Virus genome (UHGV): UHGV-0045429
DNA: 19,258 nt
DNA from: a virus
Strand: one strand, 5' to 3'
Part shown: positions 15,629-19,258 of the stretch, piece by piece
How the letters are laid out: each line of letters opens with the position of its first letter
Numbering within the stretch: the stretch's first letter is position 1
The notes under the pieces: model-generated
Seen by the model: only the letters and a program-made list of their open reading frames with translations
The model's database searches: none
What the model was told of the DNA's origin: nothing
Position numbers and translations under genes: made by a program

Positions 15629-15812
15629 TTATTAAGGTTTGCTGTGAGTCTACGTGCGATAACCACACAATTAAAAATTGGTATTACAGATCGATTTATC
15701 TTTATCGATCGTTGAAAACGATCGTCATGACACAAATAGCTTAGTGATTGATTGTTATTTAATCAGTTGGAGCCAATTATTTAGTAATTAGTGCTTATTT
15801 TATTAAGCGGCA

Positions 15813-15840
15813 TTGAAAACGAGCCATATTTATTGATAAT
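15813..15840 (+). promoter_or_regulatory. Sigma70-type promoter: TTGAAA (-35), 16-bp spacer, GATAAT (-10)
   Basis: TTGAAA at 15813-15818 and GATAAT at 15835-15840; predicted start about 15847. Confidence 0.4.
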
Positions 15841-15847
15841 TACCTCA

Positions 15848-15935
15848 TGCTTGGCAGAGCTGCGCCACGATGGCAGCGACGATAAGCGAACAATTTGAAC
15901 ATAACGAGAACCCCGCCAGCGCGGGGTTTTTGCTT
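15848..15935 (+). ncRNA. Candidate ~90-nt small RNA or late-leader transcript (promoter to intrinsic terminator, no credible ORF)
   Basis: Only a 12-codon ORF without RBS lies between the promoter and terminator; internal GCTGC...GCAGC stem. Entirely a sequence-based prediction. Confidence 0.3.
15909..15935 (+). terminator. Rho-independent terminator: CCCCGC-CAGC-GCGGGG plus T5
   Basis: Stem 15911-15916 / 15921-15926 followed by TTTTT at 15927-15931. Confidence 0.7.
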
Positions 15936-15946
15936 TCCGGCGATCC

Positions 15947-15989
15947 GACAGGGGTATTCGCGAACGTGCTACGGCACAGTACCCCTGTC
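15947..15989. repeat. 10-bp perfect inverted repeat GACAGGGGTA ... TACCCCTGTC (23-nt spacer)
   Basis: Arms at 15947-15956 and 15980-15989, immediately downstream of the terminator. Confidence 0.45.
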
Positions 15990-16175
15990 AGATCGTCGTT
16001 ATGGTTACTTCTATATGTCAGTTTAGGCCGACATCATTTGTGCCTATCCTTCTGGTCTATTGGATGAGTCAAACGTACCTTGAATGAGGATTGTAGGTGC
16101 CAGCCCGTAAGCCCTGCGGCATGGGGCTTAGTCGAAAAAACACCTCTTTTTTGCAACTTTTTATCACGTTTTCCC

Positions 16176-16223
16176 GTGACAAGATCCTGTTTACTGTTAG
16201 AATCACTCCACATGATTCATGTG
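16176..16223 (+). promoter_or_regulatory. Promoter of the two-gene operon with operator-like palindrome
   Basis: GTGACA (-35, 16176-16181), 16-bp spacer, extended -10 TGtTAGAAT (16195-16203); palindrome CACATG-ATT-CATGTG at 16209-16223 at the predicted start site. Confidence 0.4.
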
Positions 16224-16280
16224 ATGTGAATCTTTTAAAAAAAATAAAAACACATCTATTTCAACGAGTAAGCTCAAAAA

Positions 16281-17045
16281 ATGCAGGCTCAACCCAAGAC
16301 TAAACACCAAGAGTTGGTCGAGACGCTATCATTATATATAGACTCGCGAACCCCGTTAGAAGAACCTCTTTTGGGTGAAATCTTTCGCGATATCAATAAA
16401 CAGTCCGGTGCGTCTCGTGCGTATCTCATGGCTTTGTGGATGGAAGTTCAGAACAGACATGATGAGACAGTGGAATGGTATCTAGAGGCGATAGCTACTT
16501 CTGGTGAGCTCGCTTCTGTTGTCGCAGGTAACTATCTGAGTTATCTGAGTTGCTCAGCGCACAATCTTTTTCACAGAACAGAATTGTTCCGATTGGTAGA
16601 TATATATTGTACTAAGCGGATAAGAAAAATGGCCAGGAATGCAGCATTTTGCATGGGAAATGACCGGCTTGTTAACCGATTCACTGTGATGATGAAGGCT
16701 TTACTCGACGGCCAAGAGCGGGAAGAAATTGAGCGTGAGGGGGCAAAAATGGTGGAAGCTATTGTTACTTTTAAAGAAGCCACTAAGCTAACTTCATCTG
16801 AAATCCAGCAGTTGTGTGATTCAGCCGAACAGATTGCAAATAGCCACGGCGTGAATTGCGCTGGTGTTGAATATTTTCTGAGTGGTGGATATGACAACGC
16901 CATAATCCTATTTGCAGAAACCAGCGACGCTAGCACACTTACCACTATGAACATGGAACTCATAGGTTTGCTTGCTGATGATGCCTATATCGATCGTCCA
17001 TTTACCTCATGGTTTAAGAGCGCAGATATGAAGGATAGGATCTAA
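16281..17045 (+). CDS. Hypothetical protein (254 aa), first gene of cargo operon; no recognisable catalytic motif
   Basis: ATG 16281; stop TAA overlaps the start of the downstream gene (TAATG); lower GC than the phage core by eye; no Walker or nucleotidyltransferase motif. Confidence 0.7.
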   Translation: MQAQPKTKHQELVETLSLYIDSRTPLEEPLLGEIFRDINKQSGASRAYLMALWMEVQNRHDETVEWYLEAIATSGELASVVAGNYLSYLSCSAHNLFHRTELFRLVDIYCTKRIRKMARNAAFCMGNDRLVNRFTVMMKALLDGQEREEIEREGAKMVEAIVTFKEATKLTSSEIQQLCDSAEQIANSHGVNCAGVEYFLSGGYDNAIILFAETSDASTLTTMNMELIGLLADDAYIDRPFTSWFKSADMKDRI

Positions 17046-17446
17046 TGAGCGTATCAGGTCAAGATTTCATTGATTTTGCAGAGAAATGTCTCGATTTCGG
17101 TGATGAGATAGGCTTCAGGAACGTAGTTGGACGCTCCTACTATGGTGTTTACCATGAGATCTGCAGTAAACTTGAGCATTGCTATGTATTGACCTCTCAT
17201 GAGGGGGTGCGTCAGTATCTTATGAGCTCTTCACAGTGTAAAAATGAGCCGTTTGATAAAGCCGGGCTGAGGAGGATTGGTGTTTTCCTTCATAGTCTTC
17301 ACGTGCAAAGAAAGTGGGCTGATTACACACTTCAGCGCGATTTGGTTAAAACTGATGCTGAGTCGGCGCTCAATACTGCGAAACAAGTAATGGATGAAAT
17401 TAAGGCGTTGCATGAGGCAGTTTACCCTCCTCAGCCAGCAGCATAA
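17045..17446 (+). CDS. HEPN-like protein (133 aa) with N-terminal R-x6-H motif; candidate RNase toxin/effector
   Basis: GRSYYGVYH (R30 at 17132-17134, H37 at 17153-17155) fits the HEPN Rx4-6H signature; AGGA RBS; translationally coupled to the upstream gene; followed by terminator c. Confidence 0.65.
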   Translation: MSVSGQDFIDFAEKCLDFGDEIGFRNVVGRSYYGVYHEICSKLEHCYVLTSHEGVRQYLMSSSQCKNEPFDKAGLRRIGVFLHSLHVQRKWADYTLQRDLVKTDAESALNTAKQVMDEIKALHEAVYPPQPAA

Positions 17447-17460
17447 CTCACCAATTATTG

Positions 17461-17488
17461 AAACCCGCTACGGCGGGTTTTCTTTTTC
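17461..17488 (+). terminator. Rho-independent terminator (copy c): AACCCGC-TACG-GCGGGTT plus T-rich tail
   Basis: 18-mer identical to copy b (10890-10907); followed by TTTTCTTTTTC. Confidence 0.75.
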
Positions 17489-17541
17489 GCTTCATCAATT
17501 CCTGCTACGATTCCCTGTCTTTTACTGATGGGGATAGGGAT

Positions 17542-17709
17542 ATGAAGAAAGTTCTTGTTGTTTTATTGGTGTCACTTTTCTCACTGACAGCAACGGCAGC
17601 AAACAAGCCATGCTCAGGTAAGAAAGGCGGAATATCGCATTGTTCGGGTGAAAAGTTTGTTTGCAATGATGGCTCTATCAGCAAGTCTAAGAAGGTTTGT
17701 CAGAAATAG
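17542..17709 (+). CDS. Small secreted Cys-rich, Lys-rich protein (55 aa) with signal peptide
   Basis: Start at MKKVLVVLLVSLFSLTATAA (signal-peptide-like) then NKPCSGKKGGISHCSGEKFVCNDGSISKSKKVCQK (4 Cys). The track ORF from 17458 reads through terminator c and is an over-extension. Confidence 0.55.
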   Translation: MKKVLVVLLVSLFSLTATAANKPCSGKKGGISHCSGEKFVCNDGSISKSKKVCQK

Positions 17710-17740
17710 TTATTAATAAATAGCACTCGCCATCAAAATC

Positions 17741-17763
17741 AAACCCGCTTCGGCGGGTTTTTC
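17741..17763 (+). terminator. Rho-independent terminator (copy d): AACCCGC-TTCG-GCGGGTT plus T5
   Basis: 18-mer identical to copy a (9996-10013). Confidence 0.75.
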
Positions 17764-17828
17764 ACTCTCTAACGGATATGTTATTTTCATGCAATAAGAG
17801 CGATTAGTAAGATGCTGCTGGGGAGAAC

Positions 17829-17990
17829 ATGGATTCAACGGACGACGAAGAGAAACGCATAGAATTTGAAAAATTCATCATTGAAAGGTTTGGTGATACG
17901 GTTGACCTTCGCAGGGCGAAGCATGGCAATAACGGATATATTTCATGGGAAGCGGCGGTTGCTTGGGTTGTCTGGCAGGAGCGCTCATAG
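17829..17990 (+). CDS. Small ORF (53 aa) below the ORF-track threshold
   Basis: ATG 17829 to TAG 17988-17990, GGGAG 3 nt upstream; MDSTDDEEKRIEFEKFIIERFGDTVDLRRAKHGNNGYISWEAAVAWVVWQERS. Reads more coherently than the overlapping 83-aa track ORF. Confidence 0.4.
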   Translation: MDSTDDEEKRIEFEKFIIERFGDTVDLRRAKHGNNGYISWEAAVAWVVWQERS

Positions 17991-18319
17991 CACCATGAAA
18001 CAACGTCTACCTCTAGCGGGCGCTGATTTATTATGGCGCTGCCCGGAGCGTCCCGTCATTCACTATGGACTCCCACTTGGCAACGTCGTTTTAGAATTTG
18101 ATTTTGGTCCGCTATGAGCTGTGAGTTCAACTGATGGACGCAACACACTTATTGAACCGCTCTGCAGGATGGCTCGGAACCTGGATTATTATTCCAGAGA
18201 TTAGCGCTGGCTTTTTTCTCGCTTTCAGGCAGCAGAATGAGGCCAATTTTTAACACCCGACCATGGCTTGCACGGCCGGGTAATGGCTAAGAATGCGCGT
18301 AAACAAAAGGTTATGCCAC

Positions 18320-19258
18320 TTATGTGCCTAAATGTTTATTAAAGAATGGAATAATCTCCGATAGCGCTTGTGCCGTCGCTTCCGGACGATCATACAGATC
18401 ATAGTGAGATACCCCTTTCACAACCTGCAGCGTCTTCTCAACGGAGCGCGCGCGCTGATAAAGTTCATAACCGTCGCGATAAGAACCAAAACCACCAGGA
18501 ACATCGCCAATAACAATATGTAATGGTTGTATCAGTAGCTTTTCCGTAAAGGCAAAAGCATCCCAGTTTAAGGCCGGTGCGGTGCTGGTAAGTCGCAGTT
18601 TGTTAGGCGAGCCTGGCTTTTGCCCGCGCGGGGTCGTGTAGTAATCAACGGCCTCAATGAGGTCGATATCGTTGATGTTCGCATTCGCCAACGCTTCTGC
18701 ATTGTCAGGAATATAACCGACAACAAGAGCAGCGGCTCCCCGAGCTTCAGCAGTACGCTGTTTACCCAGCGCGTCAATCGTTCTGAGCGCGGCATCCGGA
18801 CTGGAATCCCCTTCACGCATAATGCGCCCATAATTGGCGGCAACCACAGTGGCAACGGCTTTGAAACGGTGATCAATGGTAGCGGCGCTAACGGCATATC
18901 CACCGCCGCCACAAACGCCTAAAACCCCAATACGATCTTCATCCACGTAGGCTAAAGTCACCAGATAGTCTATCGCGCAGCGAAAGTCTTCCACGCGGAT
19001 GGATGGATTTTCGCTAAAGCGTGGCTCACCCCCGCTTTCACCCTGGGTAGAGGCATCGAAAGCAAGAGTAATAAATCCAGCTTCAGTTAGCTTCTGGCCG
19101 TAGACTGCGCCAGATGTCTGTTCTTTACAACTGCTGATAGGATGGGCGCAAACAATCGCCGGGTATTTCTGGTTGGCATCAAATCCCTCAGGTAAGCGGA
19201 GAGTGGCGGCAACTTGCCAGCTGTTGTGCCGGAATGAAACGAGTTGTTCATGAGACAT
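18320..19258 (-). CDS. Alpha/beta hydrolase of the dienelactone-hydrolase type (Cys nucleophile)
   Basis: 312-aa ORF; nucleophile elbow GVLGVCGGGGYA (G-x-C-x-G-G). The start codon lies at the last three bases of the window, so the upstream region is not visible. Confidence 0.8.
   Translation of the reverse strand: MSHEQLVSFRHNSWQVAATLRLPEGFDANQKYPAIVCAHPISSCKEQTSGAVYGQKLTEAGFITLAFDASTQGESGGEPRFSENPSIRVEDFRCAIDYLVTLAYVDEDRIGVLGVCGGGGYAVSAATIDHRFKAVATVVAANYGRIMREGDSSPDAALRTIDALGKQRTAEARGAAALVVGYIPDNAEALANANINDIDLIEAVDYYTTPRGQKPGSPNKLRLTSTAPALNWDAFAFTEKLLIQPLHIVIGDVPGGFGSYRDGYELYQRARSVEKTLQVVKGVSHYDLYDRPEATAQALSEIIPFFNKHLGT

Larger units (their letters stand above)
746..17990. mobile_element. 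Defective lambdoid (Rac/Qin-like) prophage or island: int-xis, early-left operon, DicA/DicC-type immunity, replication, nin, MTase, Q-like, then cargo instead of lysis/morphogenesis genes
   Basis: Gene order and content of the ORFs listed below. No terminase, capsid, tail or lysis ORFs anywhere in the window. The right boundary is not defined (no att repeat identified by eye). Confidence 0.7.

Noticed and set aside
15870-16303. Plus-strand 65-aa and 68-aa ORFs upstream of the two-gene operon
   Set aside because: The first reads straight through a strong intrinsic terminator and a 10-bp inverted repeat; the second spans the predicted promoter and palindrome; neither has an RBS.
17866-18117. 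83-aa plus-strand ORF
   Set aside because: Overlaps the more coherent 53-aa ORF (17829-17990) in another frame and has no RBS.
18568-18922. ORFs antisense to or out of frame with the hydrolase gene
   Set aside because: Embedded in a CDS with a clear nucleophile-elbow motif.
1-19258. Search for CRISPR arrays, rRNA or tRNA genes, and IS-element terminal inverted repeats
   Set aside because: No regularly spaced direct repeats with unique spacers, no tRNA-like T-loop or acceptor signatures at the island ends, and no transposase ORF were seen; the only tandem repeats are the iterons inside the O-like gene.

Overview
19.3-kb enterobacterial window, read by eye from the six-frame translations; no database or HMM search was run, so every family assignment is recall of family signatures. 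Left edge: a complete phoP response-regulator gene (minus strand). Directly upstream of phoP begins a ~17-kb defective lambdoid (Rac/Qin-like) prophage or island: tyrosine integrase and excisionase; a leftward early operon with small ORFs and a large RecE-N-terminal-like protein (no nuclease domain, no recT); a DicA/RacR-type repressor with divergent DicC/YdaS-like and YdaT-like genes, flanked by repeated AAAACCTAAG operator half-sites; an HNH endonuclease; an O-like replication initiator with internal iterons; nin-type genes (YbcO-like, RusA); an orphan C5 cytosine methyltransferase; and a Q-like gene. No lysis, head or tail genes follow. The late region is instead filled with AT-rich cargo cassettes bounded by near-identical terminator hairpins. 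The best candidate for an undescribed system is a translationally coupled two-gene operon (16281-17446) whose second product carries an N-terminal R-x6-H (HEPN-like) motif. A near-consensus LexA box precedes a 66-aa ORF (candidate SOS-controlled antirepressor for the peptidase-less repressor). Right edge: a dienelactone-hydrolase-type alpha/beta hydrolase gene. No rRNA, tRNA or CRISPR array was seen.
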